Shown here piece by piece: positions 17,114 through 26,114 of a DNA stretch of 64,000 nt. The DNA is from Candidatus Zhuqueibacterota bacterium. GTDB lineage: Bacteria; Zhuqueibacterota; Zhuqueibacteria; Zhuqueibacterales; Geothermadaptataceae. The DNA lies in NCBI GenBank assembly GCA_015491485.1, contig WFVT01000099.1, positions 1,147 to 65,146 on the forward strand, in the 5' to 3' direction. Position numbers and translations under genes: made by a program. Positions within the stretch are counted from its first letter, which is position 1; each line of letters starts with the position of its first letter. Under the pieces are notes generated by a model. The model had not been told where the DNA came from, searched no databases, and saw only the letters and a program-made list of their open reading frames with translations.

Positions 17114-17758
17114 TTAAAACCCACGGTGTACAATTTGAATCAGCGGAGACGGCACGCCATTTTTACCGGCGAGCCGGGTTTGCAATGCTTGCTGCGATTG
17201 TTTGAGCTGATGAACCCACCGTAAATTGGGACTGGCGATTTGGATTCGCAATCCGCGGGAGGCTGCTTGTAGGTGGACTTCCGTGCGGCCTATCCCCTCG
17301 AAATCGATGAACAGGGTAATCTGTTTAATCGGGCGTCGCTGCTGATTTTTGGCTGATGGATGGTAGCTGACCCTCAAACTGGGTTTGCGGGATTCGGTGG
17401 CGTCGCTGAGGTAAAACACGACCGTTTGGGCGAATTCCTCGGTCACCTGCGCTTCGATTGGCGGGAATCCCCGAATACCGCCGACCGGCTTTTTCTCCGC
17501 CGGGAGCAGCTGCAGGTGCAGGCCGGGGTTTAATCCCGCCACTCGCACCCAAATCCGCTGTCCGGGCTGCAAAGGCAGTTCGCTTTTTGAGAGCAGGCGG
17601 AAAGGACCGATTTGAATCAGGAAGTAATTCCGGTCGATCTGTTTGAGGACGTGACCGGTTTTGACCTGATTCAACTGGAAAAATGATTCAAACCGTGCCT
17701 GCGGAATTTCACGCGCTACAGCACGGCTGAGGAATTGTTGTAATGGGGAAAGCGCCAT
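17114..17758 (-). CDS. Hypothetical protein with a FliK-like (Flg_hook-type) C-terminal pattern
   Basis: 214 aa. ITLFIDFEGIGRTEVHLQAASRGLRIQIASPNLRWVHQLKQSQQALQTRLAGKNG resembles the FliK C-terminal domain pattern (compare IKLRLKPESLGQVIVNIELQDGKMSARMLVES in the true FliK). Confidence 0.5.
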   Translation of the reverse strand: MALSPLQQFLSRAVAREIPQARFESFFQLNQVKTGHVLKQIDRNYFLIQIGPFRLLSKSELPLQPGQRIWVRVAGLNPGLHLQLLPAEKKPVGGIRGFPPIEAQVTEEFAQTVVFYLSDATESRKPSLRVSYHPSAKNQQRRPIKQITLFIDFEGIGRTEVHLQAASRGLRIQIASPNLRWVHQLKQSQQALQTRLAGKNGVPSPLIQIVHRGF

Positions 17759-17771
17759 GGTTCCAGATTAA

Positions 17772-19247
17772 TCAAATTCCGAAATCCAGTGAGGTGTCTT
17801 CATCCCGGGGCGTTGTGAGCATGTTACGGCCAAATCCCAGTATCAGCTCTACTTCGCCCACGCCCATATCGAGTTCACGGGCGATCTGAGTCACCGATTT
17901 GCCCTGCAAAGCCAACTGCAGAACCTGACGCTTGTTGCTGGCGGCATTTTTCAATTCCTGCCGGCGATCGTCGCCCGCCCGTGGTGTGGAAGCCGCCATA
18001 CGCCTCGTCCGGGATTCACGCCCGGCCGTATGCGGAGTGGGGCGTTCCGGCAATACAGCTTCATCGACCAGACGGCGCAGGCGCGTCATCCTCGGGCTCG
18101 GGGCGGAATCCATTGCAAATGGCGTCGCCTCACTTTCATCAATCAAATCGACCCGGGCTTGTTCACCCTTTTCTGAAGCCGTTCGCGTATCATTGATCCC
18201 CGGAATCCGGCGATGCTTGCCTTTTTCGATGAGTTTCAACAAACGTTTGATGCGCTTGGCTTCCCTGCCCTGATTTCGGGGGAGTCGGCGCGGCCGCATG
18301 GCAAGCAACCAGAAAAAGACTCCTGCCAACGCCATCAGCGCCGCAACCACCAAAACCGCCTTCGCCGGAATTCGAGCCAATCCGTCGAAAATTTGCGCAT
18401 ACCATGGCCTGGGCAGCTTCCGGCGCGCCACAATAATGGGCCTGGGGGCCGCTTTCGCCGTTGCTGCTGCTGCGCCGATCGAGTCCGACTGAGCTTCGTT
18501 TACCGAACCGGTTACCGTGTCGGCTGCAGCCGCGATGGCCACGGTATCCATCGCCGCCTGAGCGGTTGTATCCGCCTGCGCAATGAACGTCGGTGCGGCA
18601 GGTTTCTGCTGGCTAAGGCTATCCAGATAAGCCTGGGCTCTGGCGGCCAGGTCGGGGCGTGCATCATGAACGAGGCGCTGAAACGCCGCCCGAGCCGCCG
18701 ATGTATCGCGCCGCCAATAGTAAATTTGCCCCAGCCGCAGATAGGCATTCGACAACCCCGGATTTTGTAAAATGGCGCTACGATACAACTGCTCAGCGCG
18801 GAGTGTATCGCCGCGGCTCAAAGCGCGTCCGGCCATTTCATAACTCTGCACGGCGGATTCAAATTCAAAAATGGGGTAAAAATCAAGGACGATTTTTCGT
18901 CCCGGCGGAAAGTAAAAATGATCGAATTTAAACGACTGCGGCAGGGAAATGGAAAAACGGCTTTGACCATCACCGGAGGTGGTGTGCACATTCAGAGCAA
19001 GAGGCGGCGGAAGAGTTGCCGCGGAATCCAGGGTTGCTGGAATGGACAGAATAACCCGGTTCTCGTCGGTTAAATCCTGAAGCTGATATTCTACATTCCG
19101 GCTCAAATGGAACGACAGTCGCCAGAAGCGGTCATACTCCTGCACCTGAATTTGTTGAATACGGCTTTCGGTTTGAGAGGCCGCAGGTACAGAATACAAT
19201 AACAGGAAAATGAAATTATAAACCCAACGATTCGGTTTTATCGCCAT
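17772..19247 (-). CDS. Membrane-anchored protein: signal peptide, AMIN-like domain, TPR, one TM, cytoplasmic LuxR/GerE-like HTH
   Basis: N-terminal signal (FIFLLLYSVPAASQ). AMIN-like region (IQQIQVQEYDRFWRLSFHLSRNVEYQ ... RVILSIPATL). TPR (AEQLYRSAILQNPGLSNAYLRLGQIYY). TM (AVLVVAALMALAGVFFWLLAM) followed by a basic stretch. C-terminus NKRQVLQLALQGKSVTQIARELDMGVGEVELIL. Confidence 0.7.
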   Translation of the reverse strand: MAIKPNRWVYNFIFLLLYSVPAASQTESRIQQIQVQEYDRFWRLSFHLSRNVEYQLQDLTDENRVILSIPATLDSAATLPPPLALNVHTTSGDGQSRFSISLPQSFKFDHFYFPPGRKIVLDFYPIFEFESAVQSYEMAGRALSRGDTLRAEQLYRSAILQNPGLSNAYLRLGQIYYWRRDTSAARAAFQRLVHDARPDLAARAQAYLDSLSQQKPAAPTFIAQADTTAQAAMDTVAIAAAADTVTGSVNEAQSDSIGAAAATAKAAPRPIIVARRKLPRPWYAQIFDGLARIPAKAVLVVAALMALAGVFFWLLAMRPRRLPRNQGREAKRIKRLLKLIEKGKHRRIPGINDTRTASEKGEQARVDLIDESEATPFAMDSAPSPRMTRLRRLVDEAVLPERPTPHTAGRESRTRRMAASTPRAGDDRRQELKNAASNKRQVLQLALQGKSVTQIARELDMGVGEVELILGFGRNMLTTPRDEDTSLDFGI

Positions 19248-19383
19248 GGTTTCATCCTGAAATATGGGTTACCTGTTTGAGGGAGACGGATTCAATTTTC
19301 TTTGCATCCACAAAGGCAAACGTCTGCAGGAATCTTGAATAAAAGATGAGAGCCGTCTGGAAATTGGAAATGAGGTGGTTCGG

Positions 19384-19710
19384 TCAGGCCTTTAAGTCGA
19401 TCTCAAAACCAAGCTGAGTCATGATTGGTTCGTCTTCATCCGGATCGGTTCGGGCGGGCTGGCTCCGTTTTTTTTCTTTCTCAGCCTGGTCTTGTTGCTG
19501 TTGCCGCTGTTTTTCGTAGGTATCAACGATTTGCTCATCCTGATGAGCAGGTTGAGTGGTCTGCACCTGTTTTTCAGCCGAGTGCTGTGCTATCAACTGC
19601 TGAAATTTCTGCTGGCCTTCCTCTGCCACCTTTTCCGCCTGCTGCACTTTTTCGATGAGAGGCGTTTTGGTAAGCTGATCGTGAAAATCGATGGGCCGAA
19701 TCATGATCAA
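19384..19710 (-). CDS. Small Q/E-rich hypothetical protein downstream of fliA
   Basis: 108 aa (TTG at 19710, ATG at 19704), no recognisable SD. Preceded by a near-consensus sigma-28 promoter. No family recognised. Confidence 0.5.
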   Translation of the reverse strand: MIMIRPIDFHDQLTKTPLIEKVQQAEKVAEEGQQKFQQLIAQHSAEKQVQTTQPAHQDEQIVDTYEKQRQQQQDQAEKEKKRSQPARTDPDEDEPIMTQLGFEIDLKA

Positions 19711-19725
19711 TGCTTTTTATTTTTA

Positions 19726-19753
19726 TTATCGGCCGAAAAAAGACCCGATTTTA
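19726..19753 (-). promoter_or_regulatory. Sigma-28-type promoter
   Basis: Minus strand reads TAAA-N16-GCCGATAA (perfect -10 octamer; AAAA at N15) in the fliA/small-ORF intergenic region. Confidence 0.65.
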
Positions 19754-19796
19754 TTTGACGTTTTCGCAACGTTTGCCGGTAATTACCTCCGCTTGT

Positions 19797-20564
19797 TTAA
19801 TAATTGGTCAATTCTTCCAACAACAGGCTTCGCAGTGTATTTACGGCTTTACTGTGGATCTGAGACACGCGCGATTCGGTTATATTGAGCACCTGCCCGA
19901 TTTCACGCAGGGTCAGCTCTTCATAATAATACAGCGCCATGACGATCTTTTCCTGCTCGGGCAATTTTTCAATGGTTTTCACCAGGAGCCGTTTGATTTC
20001 TTCTTTTTCGATGGAGCTGTACGGGTTATCAGAAGTTGTATTTTCTACCAGATCATACATGGAGGTGGTCTGTTCTCCATCATCGATGCCAGGGCCGTCT
20101 AACGAAACCAGAATGGCATTGTTCACGTCCCGGGTCAGCGCGATCAACTCCTGCTCGCTCATATCCAGACGTTCCATCACTTCCCGTTCACTCACCGCAC
20201 GGCCCAGCTCTTTCTCCATTTCTTGCATGGTGCGATCAAATTTGCGAGCCTTGGATCGCAGGGAACGGGGCGCCCAGTCCAGTTTGCGCAATTCGTCCAG
20301 GATCGCGCCACGAATCCGTGGCAGCACAAAGGTTTCAAATTTGACGCCCATGTTGGGATCGAAACGTTCCAGCGCGCCGATGAGCCCGATCACTCCGGCG
20401 CTGACCAGATCATCATAATCCACCGACGACGGCAGGGTGGCCATCATTTTTCCGGCCACATATTTCACCAGAGGCAGATATTTCAACAGTAACTGTTCCC
20501 GGACTTCAGGCCCTCCGCCGTTCAGGTACTGTTCCCACAGGATTTCTTGCTCGGTGTTCGGCAT
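19797..20564 (-). CDS. fliA: Flagellar sigma factor FliA (sigma-28 / SigD / WhiG family)
   Basis: Regions 2-4 are recognisable: DYDDLVSAGVIGLIGALERFDP ... FETFVLPRIRGAILDELR ... LTLREIGQVLNITESRVSQIHSKAV. Confidence 0.93.
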   Translation of the reverse strand: MPNTEQEILWEQYLNGGGPEVREQLLLKYLPLVKYVAGKMMATLPSSVDYDDLVSAGVIGLIGALERFDPNMGVKFETFVLPRIRGAILDELRKLDWAPRSLRSKARKFDRTMQEMEKELGRAVSEREVMERLDMSEQELIALTRDVNNAILVSLDGPGIDDGEQTTSMYDLVENTTSDNPYSSIEKEEIKRLLVKTIEKLPEQEKIVMALYYYEELTLREIGQVLNITESRVSQIHSKAVNTLRSLLLEELTNY

Positions 20565-20620
20565 GGTGCAGCTCCATTCGTTAGGTGTTTAACTCAAATC
20601 TATAGGCTTATCATTTTGTT

Positions 20621-20896
20621 TTATTCGTTGCCTTTGAAAAAGCCGGAGATGGTTTTTGCTACTCTTTGCTGTTGCTCTTCCCGCTCCCGTCTTTTTTCCT
20701 CTTCCCGTCTTGCCTGTTCCAGCCGGATCATGTGCAATTTGATATGCAAATAAATAATTTGATTGATGGAGATAACCGTATAAAACACAACGAAATACAG
20801 CATGGAACGCATCAGACTCTTGTCAATTGGAACGCCGGAAATGATCTGGAGAAAATACACCAGCACCGCAAGAGCGAGCGATAGTTTGAACGTCAT
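20621..20896 (-). CDS. Small membrane protein (two predicted TM helices, highly charged C-terminal tail)
   Basis: 91 aa, strong SD (GGAGGAGGA) before ATG 20896. Hydrophobic N-terminal two thirds, then RREEEKRREREEQQQR. No family recognised. Confidence 0.6.
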   Translation of the reverse strand: MTFKLSLALAVLVYFLQIISGVPIDKSLMRSMLYFVVFYTVISINQIIYLHIKLHMIRLEQARREEEKRREREEQQQRVAKTISGFFKGNE

Positions 20897-20926
20897 GGCA
20901 TCCTCCTCCAGACTTGCCGTTCCAAA

Positions 20927-21781
20927 CTATGCAACTTCTGCATGCATTTCTCCTTTTGGCCAGACTACGGATGTCAAAAATCGCTTCAAATGGGCTTCGA
21001 TCAGGCGGAACAAGTGCATTTCGGCCGGCCATAAAACCATGGACCGCGTTTCCGCCATTTCTCTCTGAATATCCGGGATCATCGGCGTCCAACCATGCAG
21101 CGCAACCGATTGCCCCAAAAAATGCTCAACAGCCATGTTCAGTTTTCGGTGCAGCAGGCCCGCTTTTTCTTCACTCGGGGTCAGATTCACCCAGAGTCCG
21201 GTTCTGATTTCCGGCTGAGCCTGTTTTATCAATTTGATCAATGCGTAGCTGTTCGAAAAAGAGCCGTAATCCTGTCCAACCACGACGGTCATTAAAGCAC
21301 TGTTTGCGGCAAACCAGCGGTGCATCCCGGCAAAGCCGCCGGGGAGATCAGCAATCAAAATGTCGTACCGCTGCGGCAGTTGTTGCTGGATTTTGTTGAG
21401 CAACCGCTCCCGGGTTTCCTCACTGACCGGTTCGTCGATTTTGGGAAAGAAAACATGAAAGTTGGCACTTATTTCAGAGATGAAATTTCCTATTTCCAAT
21501 ATATCGGCAGCTTGAACCGGAACGTTATGCATCTGCAGGTGGTTGAAATACACGCGCAAACCGGGAAGATGAAAGTCGCCGTCCAGAAGCAGCACCTTCT
21601 TACCCAGCCGCGACAACGTAAGCGCGATCCCGGCGGCGAGCAGCGATTTGCCCGTACCGCCTTTCCCGCTGCAAACACCCCATACGACCGGATTACCCGG
21701 GAACGCGGCCGGGAAAGCCATTTCATGGTTCCGCAATATTTGTCTTAATCCGCTCAACTGATCCATTTGCTCAAATCCCAT
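20927..21781 (-). CDS. flhG: MinD-type ATPase FlhG (FleN/YlxH)
   Basis: Deviant Walker A (GVCSGKGGTGKS). N-terminal MDQLSGLRQIL matches the FlhG DQAxxLR activator-helix motif. Position after flhF. Confidence 0.88.
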   Translation of the reverse strand: MGFEQMDQLSGLRQILRNHEMAFPAAFPGNPVVWGVCSGKGGTGKSLLAAGIALTLSRLGKKVLLLDGDFHLPGLRVYFNHLQMHNVPVQAADILEIGNFISEISANFHVFFPKIDEPVSEETRERLLNKIQQQLPQRYDILIADLPGGFAGMHRWFAANSALMTVVVGQDYGSFSNSYALIKLIKQAQPEIRTGLWVNLTPSEEKAGLLHRKLNMAVEHFLGQSVALHGWTPMIPDIQREMAETRSMVLWPAEMHLFRLIEAHLKRFLTSVVWPKGEMHAEVA

Positions 21782-22950
21782 CCTCGAATAATTGCATTCA
21801 GCAGCGCTTCGCTTCCGGCTTCCAGCAAATCTTCCGGGATATTTTGTCCGTTGGTTACCCAGGTTACTGGAGAATTCGCCAGCTTAAACAGATTGAGAAC
21901 GATGGCCGGATGCATGACCTCATCAATTTTGGTGAGAAGCAACCGATGGAAGCCGATCCGGCTGTACTGCTGGACGATTTCTTCCATTTCCGCATAACGC
22001 GTGGTGGCGCTAAGCACCAGATGCATTTGCAGCGGATGCAGAGGCATGAGAAAACGCTGCAACTCATCCAGGTATTCCGGATTCCGCGGATTGCGCCCGG
22101 TGGTATCGATCAAAATGAAATCCATGTCCTGATATTCAATCAGTGCCTGTAGCAATTCTTCAGGCTGATACGCCACCTGAAGCGGCAGTTCGGCGATATG
22201 CGCAAAGGTGCGCAATTGGTCGATGGCGGCGATCCGGAACGTGTCAATGGAAATCAGTCCAACTTTTTGTTTATGTTCAATTTTCAGACGGGCGGCGATT
22301 TTAGCGAGGGTGGTCGTTTTGCCCACGCCGGTCGGCCCCACAAATGCAATGGCCATGGGTTTCGGCGCCTGCCGGATGTCCAGAGGGGCATACCGGATCA
22401 ATTTCATGAAACCCGATTTCAGAGCCTCTTGCAATCGCTCGACCGAGTTCAATCCACCATGGGGGATTTCCAGGCTCAGATCATGGGTCAACCGCCGGAT
22501 CATTTCATGATGCACGCCCGCGACTTTCATCGCGGCATAAAGTCGCATTAACACCGGATGATTGACATCGATGGCCGGTGCAGCAGGTGGCTCCGGCGGC
22601 GCGCCTGCAGCCGGTTTTCGAGTTTCGGCGGTCTGCATCGAAGAAACCGTTGCCAGAGACTCGCCCTCTGCACCCCCATTTTGCTGATACATCCGCGCTG
22701 CAAAATGAGTCCGGCGTGCGGAGCGCCCGCTTGCCGCCTGTTGGGGCATTGGTGTGGTGCGCTGCGTCCGTGTACGCCGCTTCGCGGTCATTTCATCCAC
22801 AGCGGCTACCACTTCGACATACGAGGCGTTTCCACTGCCCCCCGCTTTATGACGCTTGGTGCTCAGGATTAATGCATTTTCGCCCAACTGTTCTCGAACT
22901 TGCTTCAGCGCGGCATTGAGCGAATCGGCTTTAAATTTTTTAATTCTCAT
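21754..22950 (-). CDS. flhF: SRP-type GTPase FlhF
   Basis: MRIKKFKADSLNAALKQVREQLGENALIL N-terminus. G-domain FVGPTGVGKTTTLAKIAA ... DTTGR. Confidence 0.92.
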   Translation of the reverse strand: MRIKKFKADSLNAALKQVREQLGENALILSTKRHKAGGSGNASYVEVVAAVDEMTAKRRTRTQRTTPMPQQAASGRSARRTHFAARMYQQNGGAEGESLATVSSMQTAETRKPAAGAPPEPPAAPAIDVNHPVLMRLYAAMKVAGVHHEMIRRLTHDLSLEIPHGGLNSVERLQEALKSGFMKLIRYAPLDIRQAPKPMAIAFVGPTGVGKTTTLAKIAARLKIEHKQKVGLISIDTFRIAAIDQLRTFAHIAELPLQVAYQPEELLQALIEYQDMDFILIDTTGRNPRNPEYLDELQRFLMPLHPLQMHLVLSATTRYAEMEEIVQQYSRIGFHRLLLTKIDEVMHPAIVLNLFKLANSPVTWVTNGQNIPEDLLEAGSEALLNAIIRGWDLSKWIS

Positions 22951-25021
22951 GGCTCACTCGTATGGTTCCAATGGACTTGATTTCGATATGAGTCGGAATT
23001 TCTGTGATTGCCAGTACCGCAAGGTCCGGGAAGACGGTTTCCACCAGCCGGCGGGTGTAGAGACGCACGCCGGGCGATACAACCATCACCGCCGGCTTGC
23101 CTTCATCCATCAGCCGGTCGGAAAGCGCCTTGACCTGTTCGTAGATCTGCTTTAAGACGTCAGGCGGCAGATTGGGAATTTTCAGCATGCTTTCGCCGCT
23201 TCTTACCGATTCCGAAATCAGCCGCTCGAGCGCCGGATCGAGCGTCATGGCGTGGATGGCGCCATCATCGGCCACATAGGGTTCATGGATGGTCTGACTG
23301 AGCCCGTTTCGAACATATTCGGTCAGCACGTCCGGGTCTTTGCTGAACTGGATGGAATCGCCGAGAATTTCAAGAATTCGCACCAGATCACGGATCGACA
23401 CGCGTTCTTTGAGCAAGTTTTGCAAGATTTTCTGCACCGTTCCCAGCGACAATTGATTTGGGATCAGCTCTTCTACCACCGCGGGATACTCTTTCTTTAC
23501 ATGATCGATCAGTTTCTGGGTCTCCTGGCGGCCAAGCAACTCATGCGCATGCCGTTTCAAGAGCTCTTTGAGATGTGTGGCCAGTACGGCCGCCGGTTCG
23601 ATAACGGTATATCCCGCCGCGGCGGCTTCCGTCCGCCGCGACTCTGGAATCCATAGAGCGGGCAATCCGAAAGCCGGCTCCACGGTTTCAATGCCCCGCA
23701 AGGGCTTGCTCACAGTTCCAGGATTCAACGCCATAATGTGGCCCATTCGGACTTCTCCGCGGGCGATTTCATGGCCCCGCAATTTCACCACATAATCATC
23801 CGGCTTGAGCTGAATATTATCGCGGATACGAATCGGGGGGATAATAATGCCCAGTTCCAGGGCCACCTGTTTCCGGATCATAGTGATGCGGTGCAGCAAG
23901 TCCCCACCGTGTTCGGGGTCCACCAGCGGTATCAGTCCGTAGCCGATTTCCAGTTCCAGCGGATCGACATGCAGATATTTTTCCACCTCTTCAATGGGTT
24001 CCGGCTCGGCGGCTTTTTCTTTCTCCGCTTCTTCTTCCTCCTCACTCTCTTTTACCATTGCGGATTGTGCCGACCGGGCGGTGATAAACGCCAGAACGGC
24101 CAGGGTCAAAAACGGCACTGTTGGCAGCCCGGGAGTCAGCGCGAAGAAAGCGAGCACCCCGGAAATGATATAGAGACCGCGCGGTTCAAACAGCAATTGG
24201 CTGATTAAATCCTGGCCCAGGTGCGCATTGGAAGCGGCGCGGGCCACAATGATACCGGCGGAAGTGGAGACAATCAACGCGGGGATTTGGGACACCAGTC
24301 CGTCTCCCACCGTGAGCAGGGTGTACGTTTGCGCCGCTTCGGCAAATCCCATCCCTTTTTGGCCCACGCCGATAATCAATCCACCGATGACATTGATAAA
24401 CGTAATAATCAATCCGGCGATGGCATCTCCGCGGACAAATTTGGAGGCGCCGTCCATGGCGCCGTAAAAATCGGCTTCCCGGGAAATGTCCTCGCGCCGT
24501 TTTCTGGCTTCGGCTTCATCAATCAATCCCGCATTCAAATCCGCGTCGATGGCCATTTGCTTTCCGGGCATCGCATCGAGTGTGAAGCGGGCGGCTACTT
24601 CCGCAATCCGGCCGGCACCTTTGGTAATCACCACGAACTGAATAATCACCAGAATGAGGAAGATGATAAAACCGACAACGTAATTGCCTTTGACGACAAA
24701 ATTGCCGAATGAAGTGATGATGCTGCCGGCGTAGCCCTCTCCTAAAATCAAACGAGTGGAGGCAATGTTCAATGACAGACGGAACAGCGTCAGAATCAAC
24801 AGCAAGCCGGGAAAAACGCTGAACTGAAGCGGTTCGGTCATATACATGGCCACCATGAGCACCGCAAGCGCCATGGCAATGTTCAGGGCGATCAGGAAAT
24901 CCAGTACCGGCGTGGGAATCGGGATGATCATGATCACAAGGATCAAAAGTACCCCGCCCGCGACGAGAATATCGCTAAAGCGCTGTAGTCCGGTGTTTAG
25001 CGTCAGGCTCAGGCTGGCCAT
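22940..25021 (-). CDS. flhA: Flagellar export gate protein FlhA
   Basis: 693 aa with canonical FlhA TM and FHIPEP motifs (RFTLDAMPGKQMAIDADLNAGLI ... FYGAMDGASKFVRGDAIAG). Confidence 0.96.
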   Translation of the reverse strand: MASLSLTLNTGLQRFSDILVAGGVLLILVIMIIPIPTPVLDFLIALNIAMALAVLMVAMYMTEPLQFSVFPGLLLILTLFRLSLNIASTRLILGEGYAGSIITSFGNFVVKGNYVVGFIIFLILVIIQFVVITKGAGRIAEVAARFTLDAMPGKQMAIDADLNAGLIDEAEARKRREDISREADFYGAMDGASKFVRGDAIAGLIITFINVIGGLIIGVGQKGMGFAEAAQTYTLLTVGDGLVSQIPALIVSTSAGIIVARAASNAHLGQDLISQLLFEPRGLYIISGVLAFFALTPGLPTVPFLTLAVLAFITARSAQSAMVKESEEEEEAEKEKAAEPEPIEEVEKYLHVDPLELEIGYGLIPLVDPEHGGDLLHRITMIRKQVALELGIIIPPIRIRDNIQLKPDDYVVKLRGHEIARGEVRMGHIMALNPGTVSKPLRGIETVEPAFGLPALWIPESRRTEAAAAGYTVIEPAAVLATHLKELLKRHAHELLGRQETQKLIDHVKKEYPAVVEELIPNQLSLGTVQKILQNLLKERVSIRDLVRILEILGDSIQFSKDPDVLTEYVRNGLSQTIHEPYVADDGAIHAMTLDPALERLISESVRSGESMLKIPNLPPDVLKQIYEQVKALSDRLMDEGKPAVMVVSPGVRLYTRRLVETVFPDLAVLAITEIPTHIEIKSIGTIRVSHEN

Positions 25022-25031
25022 GGTTCCTCAA

Positions 25032-26111
25032 TTAGTTCATGCTGCGTTTCTGGTTTCGCATCGCGTAAATGTAAGACAGAATCTCGGCGACGGCCTGGTA
25101 AGCATCGATAGGAATTTCCTGGCCGATTTCGCCGCGCTTAAACAGCAGTTGCGCCAACGGCGGATCTTCGTAAATCGGCACGCCATGCTCTTCGGCAATG
25201 GCTTTAATGCGCTGAGCAATTTTCCGCTCACCCTTTGCCACAATCACCGGCGCCGTATGTTCGCCGGGATCGTATTTCAACGCCACGGCATAATGCACCG
25301 GGTTGGTGATGACCACATCCGCCTCCGGCACTTCCGCCATCATTCTGCGGCGGGCGGCGGAGCGCTGGACTTCACGGATCCGCGCTTTGATTTGTGGATT
25401 GCCCTCCACCATCTTTTGCTCTTCTTTGGCTTCTTCCTTGGTCATGCGCAGATTTTTCTCAAATTCCCACCGCTGATAACCGTAATCTGCCGCTGCCAGA
25501 ATGAGCAATGCCAGAGCGACTTTAAACATCACCTCGCCGGAGGTCTGCGCCAGAAATTGCAGCAAATAGCCGATGGATTGCTCGGTCATTTGAAAAAAGA
25601 GCTCCACCTTGCTCTGCAAGGTGACATAAATGACCAGGCCGATGATGGTCAATTTGAACAGGTTCTTTAGCAGCTCCACTGCGGACCGCGGCGAAAGCAA
25701 CCGTTTGGCTCCGGCGATCACGTTTAACTTTTCAAATTTTGGCGCCAGCGCCTCCGGCGCCCATAAGAATCCCACCTGCGCTAAATTGGCTGCCAGACCG
25801 ATGAGGCTCACCAACAGCAAAAAAGGGCCCAGCAAATACAGCGTTTTAAATCCGAGGCTGGTGATCAACGCGAACAAGTCTTCTTCATTCACCTGCATCA
25901 AAATGGCTTGTTGCAAATGTTCCCGCCAGAAATACATAATTTTTGCCAGCAGATCGCCGCCGGTGAAAAAGAAGAACGCCGTGCCTGCCAATAGCACCAG
26001 AGCGGTATTCACCTCAGTACTTTTGGCAACCTGCCCCTGCTTTCGGGCTTCACTCCGCTTTCGCGCCGATGGCGCTTCAGTTTTTTCCTGTCCGCTCGGG
26101 TTCTCCGCCAT
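25032..26111 (-). CDS. flhB: Flagellar export switch protein FlhB
   Basis: MAENPSGQEKTEAPSARKRSEARKQGQVAKS N-terminus. The autocleavage-site region reads NPVH (usual NPTH). Confidence 0.95.
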   Translation of the reverse strand: MAENPSGQEKTEAPSARKRSEARKQGQVAKSTEVNTALVLLAGTAFFFFTGGDLLAKIMYFWREHLQQAILMQVNEEDLFALITSLGFKTLYLLGPFLLLVSLIGLAANLAQVGFLWAPEALAPKFEKLNVIAGAKRLLSPRSAVELLKNLFKLTIIGLVIYVTLQSKVELFFQMTEQSIGYLLQFLAQTSGEVMFKVALALLILAAADYGYQRWEFEKNLRMTKEEAKEEQKMVEGNPQIKARIREVQRSAARRRMMAEVPEADVVITNPVHYAVALKYDPGEHTAPVIVAKGERKIAQRIKAIAEEHGVPIYEDPPLAQLLFKRGEIGQEIPIDAYQAVAEILSYIYAMRNQKRSMN

Positions 26112-26114
26112 GCC

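Noticed and set aside
19425-20102. Plus-strand ORFs overlapping fliA and the small ORF (19425..19658, 19492..19758, 19710..20102).
   Set aside because: They are antisense to fliA and to the Q/E-rich ORF, and their translations are repetitive and hydrophobic with no supporting signals.
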